Part shown: one piece after another, positions 49,023 to 58,075 of the stretch | How positions within the stretch are numbered: position 1 is the first letter of the stretch | Layout of the letters: each line of letters opens with the position of its first letter | Assembly (NCBI GenBank): GCA_963822965.1 | Contig: CAWGJT010000006.1 | Span: forward strand, 448,001 to 512,000 | DNA from: an uncultured delta proteobacterium | GTDB lineage: Bacteria > Myxococcota_A > UBA9160 > UBA4427 | Length of the DNA: 64,000 nt | Direction: 5' to 3' | Made by a program: the position numbers and the translations under genes | The notes under the pieces: model-generated | What the model was told of the DNA's origin: nothing | Database searches by the model: none | The model's input: only the letters and a program-made list of their open reading frames with translations

Positions 49023-49129
49023 GACGCAACGAGTTCTTCCACCCGGGACGACGCTCGAGAACACCCCGCAAGGCGTCTTGCGGTCGGAGACGCAGCGACC
49101 CAGGCTTCGATTTCCCGCGCGAATTCGAG

Positions 49130-49157
49130 ATGACTCGACAGCATGTGCTGTTATGCT
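49130..49157 (+). promoter_or_regulatory. Promoter and operator of the HxlR gene
   Basis: ATGACT-16 nt-TATGCT with an extended TG; inverted repeat ACAGCA-tg-TGCTGT in the spacer. Confidence 0.55.
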
Positions 49158-49163
49158 CCGGCC

Positions 49164-49694
49164 GTGCGAAGGACCTCGTTCCGCGACTGGCCGTGCTCGA
49201 TTGCGCGAACCGTCGACCTGCTGGGCGACTGGTGGAATCCGTTGATCCTACGCGACGCCTTCATGGGTACCCGCCGCTTCGAGCAGTTCCAGCACAGCCT
49301 CGACATCGGACGCAACGTGCTCGCCGTGCGCCTGCGCCGCCTGGTCGACGAGGGAGTGTTCGAGAAGCGGAAGTACCACGAGCACCCCGAGCGCTACGAG
49401 TACGTGCTCACCGAGAAGGGCACGGACCTGTTCGGCGTCATCGCGACGATGATGCGCTGGGGCGATCGTTGGCTGGACGAAGGCGCGGGGCCGCCGGTGG
49501 TCCTGCGGCATCGCAGCTGCGACTCGGTGACCCACGCCGAGGTGGTGTGCGCCGAGTGCGGAGAGCCCCTGCGGATGCGGGATCTCCGGCTCGAGCCGGC
49601 CACGGGGCACCGGGCCGAGGCGCCGCCGAAGAGCCAGAGCCCGGAGCCGCGGGTCTCGAGCTGGCAGCGCCGGGACGGGTCCGGGGAGACCTGA
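49164..49694 (+). CDS. HxlR family winged-helix transcriptional regulator
   Basis: CSIARTVDLLGDWW..LILRD...RRFEQF, EYVLTEKG. Confidence 0.92.
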   Translation: MRRTSFRDWPCSIARTVDLLGDWWNPLILRDAFMGTRRFEQFQHSLDIGRNVLAVRLRRLVDEGVFEKRKYHEHPERYEYVLTEKGTDLFGVIATMMRWGDRWLDEGAGPPVVLRHRSCDSVTHAEVVCAECGEPLRMRDLRLEPATGHRAEAPPKSQSPEPRVSSWQRRDGSGET

Positions 49695-49786
49695 CCGCAG
49701 AGACCGGGGCCCGCGGGACCGGGACCGGGCTGCACGTTTCGCCTCCGTGCCTCCCGGCGCGGGCTCGCCCCGCCCCGCCCGGGCGC

Positions 49787-50557
49787 CTACTTGGCCTCGC
49801 GCCGGGCCTGCAGGTACCCGCGACGCGCTGCGGCACACTCCGGGTCGCCGAGGGCCGTCACCAGTCCGTCGGCGTCCGACCAGCTCCGCATCGTCCCCAC
49901 CATCTGGTCGGTGACGGCGTTGACGTGTCGCTTGGTCGAGAAGAGGGCATGACCGGCCTTGGCGGAGAGTGACTCCGCCAGGGACTGCACCGTGGCCTCG
50001 AGGTCCTCCGCCGGCACCACGCGATTCAGGAAGCCCGCACTCCGGGCTTCGGCGGCGTCGAAGGGCCGGCACGTGAGGACGAGCTCCTTGGTGAGTGCTG
50101 GACCGATCTCGCGCACGAGCCGGGGGATTCCGCCCCACGCCAGGGGAATGCCGAGGTCGACCTCGGGGATCGAGAACCGCGTTCCCTCGGCGGCCACGCG
50201 CAGGTCGCAGGCAGCGGCCAGCACCAGGCCGCCCCCCACGCACCAGCCCTGAATCGCCGCGATGCTGAGGGCGCGCATGGCCTCGAGGGCTTCGGCCATC
50301 TGGCGGCCGAGATCGGCCGCCTCCCGCGTCGACATCTCCTGAGGCCCCGTGAAGCTTCCCAGGTCGGCGCCCGCCGAGAAGGCCCGACCGGCCCCTCGCA
50401 CGACCACCACCTTCACTCCGGGCTGCGCGTCGAACCAGTGGGCGGCGGACGCCAGCTCCGACAGCGCCTTCGTCGAGAGCGGATTGAGCTTCTCGGGGCG
50501 GGCGAGGGTCAGGTGCCCGATGGCACCATCCGCTTCGACGCGCAGGGTCTCGAACAT
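49787..50557 (-). CDS. Enoyl-CoA hydratase/isomerase
   Basis: FSAGADL, GWCVGGG, PEVDLG. Confidence 0.9.
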   Translation of the reverse strand: MFETLRVEADGAIGHLTLARPEKLNPLSTKALSELASAAHWFDAQPGVKVVVVRGAGRAFSAGADLGSFTGPQEMSTREAADLGRQMAEALEAMRALSIAAIQGWCVGGGLVLAAACDLRVAAEGTRFSIPEVDLGIPLAWGGIPRLVREIGPALTKELVLTCRPFDAAEARSAGFLNRVVPAEDLEATVQSLAESLSAKAGHALFSTKRHVNAVTDQMVGTMRSWSDADGLVTALGDPECAAARRGYLQARREAK

Positions 50558-50702
50558 GGCTCCTCCGACCTCGGCTGTGATCCGTGAGTGCGGGGAACGT
50601 AGCATCGCACCCACAGGCAGACGCCAGCCCGCCACGCTCGCGCTCGCGAGAACGGGTACCCTGCGCCCCCGAGCGATCCGTCACCGCGGAGGACCGTCCC
50701 CC

Positions 50703-51215
50703 ATGCGCGAGGCCCTGCCGCTGCGAGAACGGAAGATCGACGTCCTCTTCGTCGCCTTCTGGATCGTCAACCTCACCTTCATCACCTACGTCGTCGACCT
50801 CGAGCAGATCGTCATCGCGGACCCCCGGAGCTTCGAGTACCCGCTGTGGCCGCCGCCTCCGCTCGTGGACCTGGTCCACTGGTGGGGGACACACTTCGAT
50901 CCACTCCAGTACGCGCGGCCCCCGTGGTGGCGGGCCACGATCTGGATCGACGCGCTGCTGTTCGGCCCCTTCTATGCGGCCGCGACCTGGGCCTTCGCCC
51001 GGGGACGGGACTGGATCCGGAACCCCTGCCTGGTGTGGGCCGGGCTCATGCTCGCAAACGTCACGATCATCCTGTTCGAGGAGCTCGTCGGTCCGCACGC
51101 GACCCCCGCCCGGGGTGTCGTACTGCTGGCCAACGCACCCTGGCTCGCGATGCCCCTGGCGACGATCGCGCGGGTCTGGTCGCCGTTCCCGTTCACCCGC
51201 CCGACCCGTTCCTGA
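50703..51215 (+). CDS. EXPERA (EBP/TMEM97-like) membrane protein
   Basis: Four TM segments; W...FDPL...PPWW...WID...GPFY and N.PW..P pattern. Confidence 0.75.
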   Translation: MREALPLRERKIDVLFVAFWIVNLTFITYVVDLEQIVIADPRSFEYPLWPPPPLVDLVHWWGTHFDPLQYARPPWWRATIWIDALLFGPFYAAATWAFARGRDWIRNPCLVWAGLMLANVTIILFEELVGPHATPARGVVLLANAPWLAMPLATIARVWSPFPFTRPTRS

Positions 51216-51257
51216 TCGGCTCGCACCCCCTCCCGGCGACGCACCTCGGTCCAGGAC

Positions 51258-51441
51258 CCTGACCCAAGACTCCCAGAGGCCCGGCCGGAAAGTGTACCGC
51301 GGCACCGAGAGCGTCATCCGCGGCGTCCTGGCAAGGCGCGCGACCGAGGCGTAGCCGAAGCTACGGCGACGGGAGCGGAACGCAGCCAGGGCGCCGCGGG
51401 GGCGCTCGAATGCAGGTCGCACTTTCCGGCCGGGCCTCTAG
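51258..51441. repeat. Dispersed palindromic repeat, family B, copy 2 (MITE-like)
   Basis: Perfect 20-bp IR AGAGGCCCGGCCGGAAAGTG (51275-51294) / CACTTTCCGGCCGGGCCTCT (51420-51439), bounded by CCAG and CTAG. Confidence 0.8.
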
Positions 51442-51995
51442 TCGAGAAACACCCACAGGAGCTTTCGACTCGCATCGTCCAGCTCGTCCGGGTGGCGGAC
51501 GGCATAGAGGTCACCCGCCACGTCGCGGATCAGCAGGCCGCCGCCCGCCAGCTCCCGCGGCCACTCGTCCCGCTCGGTCTGGAAGGTGCGCGGCCCCTGC
51601 ACCGTCTCCACCTCGAAGGTGCGGATCTCGATCTCCTCGTGCACGGAGACGATGGACTCGATCTCCATCACGAAGCCCGCTTCGGCGAGGGATTCCTCCA
51701 GCGCCTCGCGCGACTCGCGCCCCAGGCCGGCCGGATCGCGCACGAGGGCCAGCTCCTCGTCGTCCTTGTCGCGCAGCGAGACGTACTCGGCCGGCTGCGA
51801 CCACGGGAACAGGCGACACACCCGCACCGCGCGCGGCTCCGGAGAGGCGTCCGAGGCACCCCAGAGCTGTCCGTCGAGACCGCGCCACAGGCGCAGCCCG
51901 GCGGGGCTTCCGTCGGGCCGGGCGGACACGGCCGCCTCGGCCGTGTCCGCCGGTGCTTGCCCCGGCAAGGCCACTCTCGTCGACGTGTGCTTCAT
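51438..51995 (-). CDS. DUF1854 family protein
   Basis: RLFPWSQP..YVSL.D....EL, FEVETVQG, LLIRD..G..Y, LDDASRK; ATGA overlap with the ABC gene. Confidence 0.85.
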   Translation of the reverse strand: MKHTSTRVALPGQAPADTAEAAVSARPDGSPAGLRLWRGLDGQLWGASDASPEPRAVRVCRLFPWSQPAEYVSLRDKDDEELALVRDPAGLGRESREALEESLAEAGFVMEIESIVSVHEEIEIRTFEVETVQGPRTFQTERDEWPRELAGGGLLIRDVAGDLYAVRHPDELDDASRKLLWVFLD

Positions 51996-54346
51996 GACAT
52001 CACCCCCTCGATCGGTTGAAGCGTTCCCGCAGCGGCGCTCCTTCCCCGGCCGGACTCGCTCGGCCGGAGCGTCAGCGCCTGCTGCAGCTCACACAGCTTG
52101 CGGTACGTGCCGCCGGGCCGGGCCAGCAGATCCCGGTGGGTGCCGTGCTCGATCAGGCGCCCCTCTTCGACGACGAAGATGCGGTCCGCCCGGCGCAGGG
52201 TGGAGAGCCGGTGGGCGATCGCGAAGACCGTCCGATTCGCCACCAGGCGATCGAGGGCCTCCTGGATCTTGTACTCGGTCTCCGTGTCGACGCTGCTCGT
52301 CGCCTCGTCGAGAATCAGGATGCGCGGGTCGTGCAGGATGGCGCGCGCGATCGAGATGCGCTGCCGCTCTCCGCCCGAGAGCGTGTGCCCTCGCTCCCCC
52401 ACGATGGTGTCGTAGCCGTTGGGCAGCTTGCACAGGAAGTCGTGGGCGTTCGCCGCCCCCGCCGCCTCGATCACCTGCGCGAGGGAAGCGCCGGGCTTCC
52501 CATAGCGGATGTTCTCCACCACGCTGCCGTGGAACAGATACGGGTCCTGCAACACCATGCCGAGCTGCTCGCGGTAGTGGCCGGTGTCGAGATCGCGCAC
52601 GTCGACCCCGTCGACGAGCACGCGCCCGCCGGTCACGTCGTAGAAGCGCGCGATCAGGTTCGTGACCGTGCTCTTGCCGCCCCCGGAAGGCCCCACCAGG
52701 CCGATCACCTCGCCCGGCTCGACGTCGAAGGAGATGCCCCGAATCACCTGGCGCACCCCGTCGTAGCCGAAGACCACGTCCTCGAAGCGCACGCGACCCT
52801 CGACGGGCTCGAGCCTCACGGCCTCGGGCCGGTCGGTCACCTGGGGCTGGGTGTCGAGCACCTCGAAGATGCGGTGGGCCGAGCTCGTCGCCCGATTCAT
52901 GATGCGGGCGATCTGCCCGATCACGTCGATCGGCGCGATGAACATGGTCATGTAGAGCAGGAACTGCACGAAGGTGCCGGACGAGAGCGTCCGCCCCGTC
53001 GGGCCGTTCCCCAGCACCCGCGGAATCGCGAGCACCCACACCAGCACCACCATGCCCCGCACCACGAACATGAGCAGCGGCCAGAAGGTGGTCCACACGG
53101 CATGCAGCCGGTTGAACTCCGCCGTCGCGTCGTAGTTCCGCAGGCCGAAACGGTGCTTCTCGTGGGCCTCCCGGTTGAAGGCCTTCACCACGCGCATACC
53201 CGGAATCGTGTCCGAGACGACGTCGGTCACCCGAGACCACTTGCGCCAGGCGCGCAGGAAGATCCGGTTCATGCGTCGGCCCTGCCAGTACGTCGCCCAG
53301 CACAGGAACGGCACGGGCAGGGTCATCACCAGGCCCATCCGCCAGTCGAGGTGGATGAGCATCCCGCACAGGCCGACCAGCATGATGAACGAGAGCGATA
53401 CGTCCACCACGCCCAGCGCGATGAACTCCCACAGCCGGTCCGTGTCCGAGATGACCCGCGTGATCAGGCTGCCCGTCTTCTTGCGCGAGTAGAACGAGAG
53501 CGAGAGCTCCTGCAGGTGCTCGTACAGCTCGGTGCGCAGGTCGCGGGCCACGTGCTCGCCCAGCACCGCCATCCAGCGAAGCCGCACCCAGGCGCAGACC
53601 TGCCGCAGCGCGTAGGCTGCCGCGATCGCACCGACGGACCACCACGCCAGGCGCAGGCCCTGGGCGACGGACATCGTGCCGGCCTCCACCGGCTTCACGA
53701 TGTCGTCGATGATGGTGCCCGCCAGGTACGGCGGAACCAGCGACAGCAGGGTGAGGAACGTGGCGGAGATCATCCCGAAGGCCACGTGCCCCTTGTAGGG
53801 CGCGAGGTACGAGAGCAGCCGCCAGATGACGGCCATGTCGTTCGCCGCCACCAGGGCCTGGGCGTCGCGGACGGGGCCTGCCACGGCGTCCGCGTAGACT
53901 CCGTCCGGCTCCTGCGAGGGCACGTCGCGGCCGGCGAGCTGCTGCTCGACGACGAACTGGATGTTCTCCATGGCGCGCCGCTGCCGGTGGGTGAAGCGCA
54001 CCCGCGCCAGGGCCGGCTCGTCCGGATCGCCCAGGAACGAGAGCGAGCTGCACGAGAGTCCCGGGTCCAGGCGCACGTCGCGGATCGACGAGCGGGGGAA
54101 GCTGCGCACGACCGGATGGGCGTCGCCGTCCTCGCGCGCGAGGGCCACGCGCTCGGGGCCGAGCGCGACCCAGGTCGCAGCGAAGCGCAGCGAAGCGTCG
54201 AGGTCCGCCATTGCGTAGAGCTGGACGGGCTGGCCCTGGAAGTCCTCCTCGATGCCGGCGCGCAGGCGCGCCGGCAGCCGGTGGGGCTGGTCGGTGTAGC
54301 GGTCGATGATCTCGCGATCGCACTCGACGGCGGTAACGGCCTGCAT
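51992..54346 (-). CDS. ABC transporter permease/ATP-binding fusion with a ~170-aa N-terminal extension
   Basis: Transmembrane domain followed by GPSGGGKST, LSGGERQR, ILILDEATS and IAHRLST. Confidence 0.93.
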   Translation of the reverse strand: MQAVTAVECDREIIDRYTDQPHRLPARLRAGIEEDFQGQPVQLYAMADLDASLRFAATWVALGPERVALAREDGDAHPVVRSFPRSSIRDVRLDPGLSCSSLSFLGDPDEPALARVRFTHRQRRAMENIQFVVEQQLAGRDVPSQEPDGVYADAVAGPVRDAQALVAANDMAVIWRLLSYLAPYKGHVAFGMISATFLTLLSLVPPYLAGTIIDDIVKPVEAGTMSVAQGLRLAWWSVGAIAAAYALRQVCAWVRLRWMAVLGEHVARDLRTELYEHLQELSLSFYSRKKTGSLITRVISDTDRLWEFIALGVVDVSLSFIMLVGLCGMLIHLDWRMGLVMTLPVPFLCWATYWQGRRMNRIFLRAWRKWSRVTDVVSDTIPGMRVVKAFNREAHEKHRFGLRNYDATAEFNRLHAVWTTFWPLLMFVVRGMVVLVWVLAIPRVLGNGPTGRTLSSGTFVQFLLYMTMFIAPIDVIGQIARIMNRATSSAHRIFEVLDTQPQVTDRPEAVRLEPVEGRVRFEDVVFGYDGVRQVIRGISFDVEPGEVIGLVGPSGGGKSTVTNLIARFYDVTGGRVLVDGVDVRDLDTGHYREQLGMVLQDPYLFHGSVVENIRYGKPGASLAQVIEAAGAANAHDFLCKLPNGYDTIVGERGHTLSGGERQRISIARAILHDPRILILDEATSSVDTETEYKIQEALDRLVANRTVFAIAHRLSTLRRADRIFVVEEGRLIEHGTHRDLLARPGGTYRKLCELQQALTLRPSESGRGRSAAAGTLQPIEGVMS

Positions 54347-54436
54347 GCTCGGTTCTCCGTTCGCTTCGCGCGCGGGGCGCTCTCTCGCGGCTTGCTTCGA
54401 TGGCTCGCTTCGTGTGCTGCGGCGTCGGCCAGGCCC

Positions 54437-54479
54437 GGAAAACGAAAACGGCCTTCCGGGATGCACCCGGAAGGCCGTT
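54437..54479 (-). terminator. Intrinsic terminator in the 5' leader of the ABC/DUF1854 operon
   Basis: Minus strand: AACGGCCTTCCGGG-tgcat-CCCGGAAGGCCGTT running into TTCGTTTT; perfect 14-bp stem. Confidence 0.85.
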
Positions 54480-54502
54480 GGGAGATCGAGACTCCACCTG
54501 GC

Positions 54503-54709
54503 TCAGGGTGCGGCGCGTCCTCCGGTGTCCACGGGCTGCTGGACGGACGGAACCGGGTGACCCGTAACGAATCCAGCGGTCGCGACGGACGCGAATCCAG
54601 CGCTCGCGGCGCAAGCGCCATGCGCGCGCTCACCCGCGCACGCGTCGCCCGAGAACGCCATCGCGTTCTCGAGGAGCGTCTGGATCGAGTTCCGTCTCGT
54701 GAGAGTCAT
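54503..54709 (-). CDS. Putative leader peptide (68 aa)
   Basis: GGAGG upstream; MTLTRRNSIQ...QQPVDTGGRAAP*; stop lies 23 nt before the terminator stem. Alternative ATG at 54661. Confidence 0.55.
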   Translation of the reverse strand: MTLTRRNSIQTLLENAMAFSGDACAGERAHGACAASAGFASVATAGFVTGHPVPSVQQPVDTGGRAAP

Positions 54710-55006
54710 CGGACCTGGATCGCCTCCATCTCGTTCCGTCGGAAAACCATTCGGGGCCAGGTGTCGCGAAATCGGTGGCGGGATTCTACGGGACGACCTC
54801 GACACGTCAAGGCGTCGTGGGACGCTCCGCTGCCAGCCCGCTGCCAGCCGGCGTCTCTTCGGTCGCGAAGCGGTCGCGCTGAAGCGGAGATCTCGCGGCG
54901 TGCCGCGCTGCGTCAGCCCGGCGCGGGTCTGGGGTATGCTCCGGCCCCCGCGCCCGGCCGTCGCCGGGCCCGGCGACGCGACGACGGCACGCAAGGAGAC
55001 CTCGAA

Positions 55007-56026
55007 ATGTCCTCGGATCTGAAGCTCGGCCTCCAGCTCGGCTACTGGGGCGCCCAGAAGCCCGCGAACCACGTGGAGCTCGCCCAGGAGGCGGAGCGCC
55101 TCGGCTACGACTCGGTCTGGACCGCCGAGGCCTGGGGGTCGGACGCCCTGACCCCCCTCGCCTGGATCGGCGCCAACACCTCCCGGGTCCGCCTCGGCAC
55201 CTCCGTCGCCCAGCTCTCGGCCCGCACGCCCACCGCGGCCGCCATGGCGGCGCTCACCCTGGACCACCTGTCGAACGGCCGGATGATCCTGGGCCTCGGC
55301 GTCTCCGGTCCCCAGGTGGTCGAAGGCTGGTACGGCCAGCCCTTCGCCAAGCCCCTGGCCCGCACCCGCGAGTACGTGGACATCGTGCGCCAGGTGCTTC
55401 GGCGCGAGGCGCCCGTGCAGAACGACGGCCCGCACTATCCCCTTCCCTACCACGGGCCGGGCTCGTGGGGCCTCGGCAAGCCCCTGCGGTCGATCACCCA
55501 CCCCCTGCGGGCCGATCTCCCGATCTTCCTCGGGGCGGAGGGGCCGAAGAACGTCGCCCTGGCCGCCGAGATCGCCGACGGCTGGCTGCCCCTCTACTAC
55601 TCGCCCTTCCGCCAGGAGGTCTACGCCGAGTCCCTGGCGCACCGGAAGCCCGGCTTCGAGATCGCCCAGCTCGTACTCGTCAACGTGAACGACGACCTCG
55701 AAGCAGCGCTCGGCCCCGTGAAGGCCATGCTCGGCTTCTACATCGGCGGCATGGGCGCCAAGAAGCGCAACTTCCACATGGAGCTCATGAGCCGCATGGG
55801 CTTCGAGGCCGAGGCCGTCAAGATCCAGGAGCTCTTCTTCGAGGGGAAGCGGGCCGAGGCGGTGGCCATGGTGCCGTCCCAGTTCGCCGACGAGATCTCC
55901 CTGTGCGGGCCCGTGGAGCGCATCCGCGAACGCCTGCAGGCATGGCGCGAGACGCCGGTCACGACGCTGCTCGTCGGCGGCGGCGATCCCGCCACCCTGC
56001 GCACCATGGCCGAGCTGGTTCTCTGA
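55007..56026 (+). CDS. LLM-class (F420-dependent-type) oxidoreductase
   Basis: GYDSVWTAEAWGSD, LSNGR.ILGLG.SGPQVVEGWYG, AAEIADGW. Confidence 0.9.
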   Translation: MSSDLKLGLQLGYWGAQKPANHVELAQEAERLGYDSVWTAEAWGSDALTPLAWIGANTSRVRLGTSVAQLSARTPTAAAMAALTLDHLSNGRMILGLGVSGPQVVEGWYGQPFAKPLARTREYVDIVRQVLRREAPVQNDGPHYPLPYHGPGSWGLGKPLRSITHPLRADLPIFLGAEGPKNVALAAEIADGWLPLYYSPFRQEVYAESLAHRKPGFEIAQLVLVNVNDDLEAALGPVKAMLGFYIGGMGAKKRNFHMELMSRMGFEAEAVKIQELFFEGKRAEAVAMVPSQFADEISLCGPVERIRERLQAWRETPVTTLLVGGGDPATLRTMAELVL

Positions 56027-56028
56027 CC

Positions 56029-56682
56029 GTGACGCTGCGCTTCGAGCTCTACTGGTCGTTCCGCTCGCCCTACTCGTACCTGGCCACGCCGCGCATCGTG
56101 GCGCTGTGCGAGACGTACGACCTCGAGTGCGACGTGCGACCCGTCTACCCGATCGCAGTCCGCACCCCGGACTTCTTCGACCGGGTGAACCCCATGTGGC
56201 CGCCCTATCTGCTGCGGGACACGGTGCGCATCGCGCAGATGCACGGCATCCCCTACCGCTGGCCGCGCCCCGATCCCATCGTGCAGGACTTCGCGAAGCG
56301 GGAGATCGCGAAGGAGCAGCCGTACATCCACCGGCTCACGCGCCTGGGAATCGCCGCGGCGGAGCGCGGGCGCGGGCTTCCCTTCCTGCGGGAGGTGAGC
56401 CACACCATCTGGTCGGGCGAGGTGGACGACTGGCACGAGGGCCCGCACCTGGCGCGGGCCGCGGAGCGGGCCGGACTCGACCTGGCGGAGCTCGACGCCG
56501 CCATCCTGGCCGACCCCGAAGGCCACGAGGCGAAGATCCAGGCCAACCAGGCCGCCCACGCCGCGGCGGGCCACTGGGGGGTGCCCACGTGCGTCTTCCA
56601 GGGCGAGCCCTTCTTCGGCCAGGACCGCCTCGATCACCTGCTCTGGCGCCTGGAGCAGCACGGTCTCGCGCCCCGGGCCTGA
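56029..56682 (+). CDS. 2-hydroxychromene-2-carboxylate isomerase/GST-kappa (DsbA-like)
   Basis: YWSFRSPYSYL, WGVPT, FFGQDRL. Confidence 0.9.
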   Translation: MTLRFELYWSFRSPYSYLATPRIVALCETYDLECDVRPVYPIAVRTPDFFDRVNPMWPPYLLRDTVRIAQMHGIPYRWPRPDPIVQDFAKREIAKEQPYIHRLTRLGIAAAERGRGLPFLREVSHTIWSGEVDDWHEGPHLARAAERAGLDLAELDAAILADPEGHEAKIQANQAAHAAAGHWGVPTCVFQGEPFFGQDRLDHLLWRLEQHGLAPRA

Positions 56683-56695
56683 GGCGGGAATGAGA

Positions 56696-57217
56696 TCAGG
56701 CGGGATTCCGCTGCTCGTAGACGCCGTGCTGGCCCGGGGTCTCGGAGATCGAGACCCGCAGCCTGCGCACCTGGGAGCGGCCGAAGCGCTCCGTCAGGCG
56801 GCGATCGAGCTCGCGACCGAACCAGGTGGAGAGGTTCTCCACCGAGCTGTTGTTCACGGGCAGCACGATCACGTCGTGGCTCGGGACGAGGTAGCGGTCC
56901 TGGTGGTAGACCACGGAGGTGTGCCCGTCGTCCCGTCGCTCGATCTGGAGCTCCGGATGCAGGCCCGGCACCAGCCAGTGCTCGTCGAGCTCGTCGCACA
57001 GCGCGCGCACGACGGGCTTCGCGTCGAGGAAGTCGATCACCAGGCCGCGGTCGCTGAGATCGCCCTCGATCTCCACCTCGACGTGGTAGTTGTGCCCGTG
57101 GAGCCGCTCCTTCGTCCCGTCCGGAAAGATGAGGAAGTGGGCGCACGAGAACTTGAAGTACTCCTTCCGGAGGTGAATCGACCAGGCTTCCTGCGTGGAC
57201 TCGGGAGGGGCGGACAT
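56696..57217 (-). CDS. 6-pyruvoyl-tetrahydropterin synthase family protein, PTPS-III signature
   Basis: FSCAH...ERLHGHNY, IDF, SSVENL, ETPG. Confidence 0.88.
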   Translation of the reverse strand: MSAPPESTQEAWSIHLRKEYFKFSCAHFLIFPDGTKERLHGHNYHVEVEIEGDLSDRGLVIDFLDAKPVVRALCDELDEHWLVPGLHPELQIERRDDGHTSVVYHQDRYLVPSHDVIVLPVNNSSVENLSTWFGRELDRRLTERFGRSQVRRLRVSISETPGQHGVYEQRNPA

Positions 57218-57273
57218 GGCCAGAGCATAGACGCTCGCGGGGCTTCCCCAAGACCCACGGCGGGGCGGCCTTC

Positions 57274-58065
57274 GTGAGCACCCGACCCCGGGACCCCTGC
57301 CTGCTGGGGGTGGTGAACGTGTCCCCGGAATCGCGGATGAGCGACTCGATCGCGCGGACGCCCGACGACATCCTGGGCCGGGCCGCGGCGCTCACCGCTC
57401 ACGGCGTGCAGGTGATCGACGTGGGCGGACGCTCGGTCACCCCCGACGTTCCGATGATCGAAGACGCCGTCGAGCAGCGCCGCCTCGAGCCCGCCGTGAA
57501 GCTGCTGCACGAGGCGGGGCATCGGCTCTCGGTGGACACCTGGTCGCCCGAGACGGCCCTGCGCGCCATCGCCTGGGGCGTCGAGCTGCTGAACTACACC
57601 GGCGCGAGCGTCCCGGACGCCCTCCTCGATGCGGCGGCCGCCGCCGGAACGAAGCTCACCCTCTCCTACATGCCCTACGGAGACGCCTACCGGATGCGCG
57701 CCCGGCCCCGCGTCCCCTACCGCATGGACGCCGTCCGCGACTTCCTGGCGCCCCGGGTCGAACGGGCGCGACGGGCTGGCGTGCGGGAGGTCGTCGTCGA
57801 TCCCAACCTCGGCATCCTGCACCCGGAGACCGACGACTACCAGAAGGTCCACCTGCAGATGCACGTGCTCGCGAACGTGGAGCGGCTCCGCGGCCTCGGC
57901 TGCAAGGTGATGCTCCACGCCGCCCGCAAGCCCGAGCGGGAAGCCCGCATCCTGTTTGCCGAGGCGGTGCTGCGGGCGCGCCCGGACTACGTCCGAACCC
58001 ACGAGCCCGAGATCCTGGAGCGCCTGATGGCCGCCGCCCGGGAGACCGGCGAAGAGACCGGCTGA
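57274..58065 (+). CDS. folP: Dihydropteroate synthase-like pterin-binding protein (divergent)
   Basis: GVVNVSPES, IDVGG.S, SVDT, DPNLG, RK, VRTHE. Confidence 0.7.
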   Translation: MSTRPRDPCLLGVVNVSPESRMSDSIARTPDDILGRAAALTAHGVQVIDVGGRSVTPDVPMIEDAVEQRRLEPAVKLLHEAGHRLSVDTWSPETALRAIAWGVELLNYTGASVPDALLDAAAAAGTKLTLSYMPYGDAYRMRARPRVPYRMDAVRDFLAPRVERARRAGVREVVVDPNLGILHPETDDYQKVHLQMHVLANVERLRGLGCKVMLHAARKPEREARILFAEAVLRARPDYVRTHEPEILERLMAAARETGEETG

Positions 58066-58075
58066 GCGGCTCGAG

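Noticed and set aside
54503..54709. RiPP precursor exported by the ABC transporter
   Set aside because: No modification enzymes nearby and no recognisable C39 peptidase motif. The terminator/antiterminator layout fits attenuation better, though this is not fully excluded.
56696..57217. queD (queuosine or 7-deazaguanine DNA modification)
   Set aside because: Lacks the C-x3-HGH signature, and no queC/queE/dpdA is nearby.
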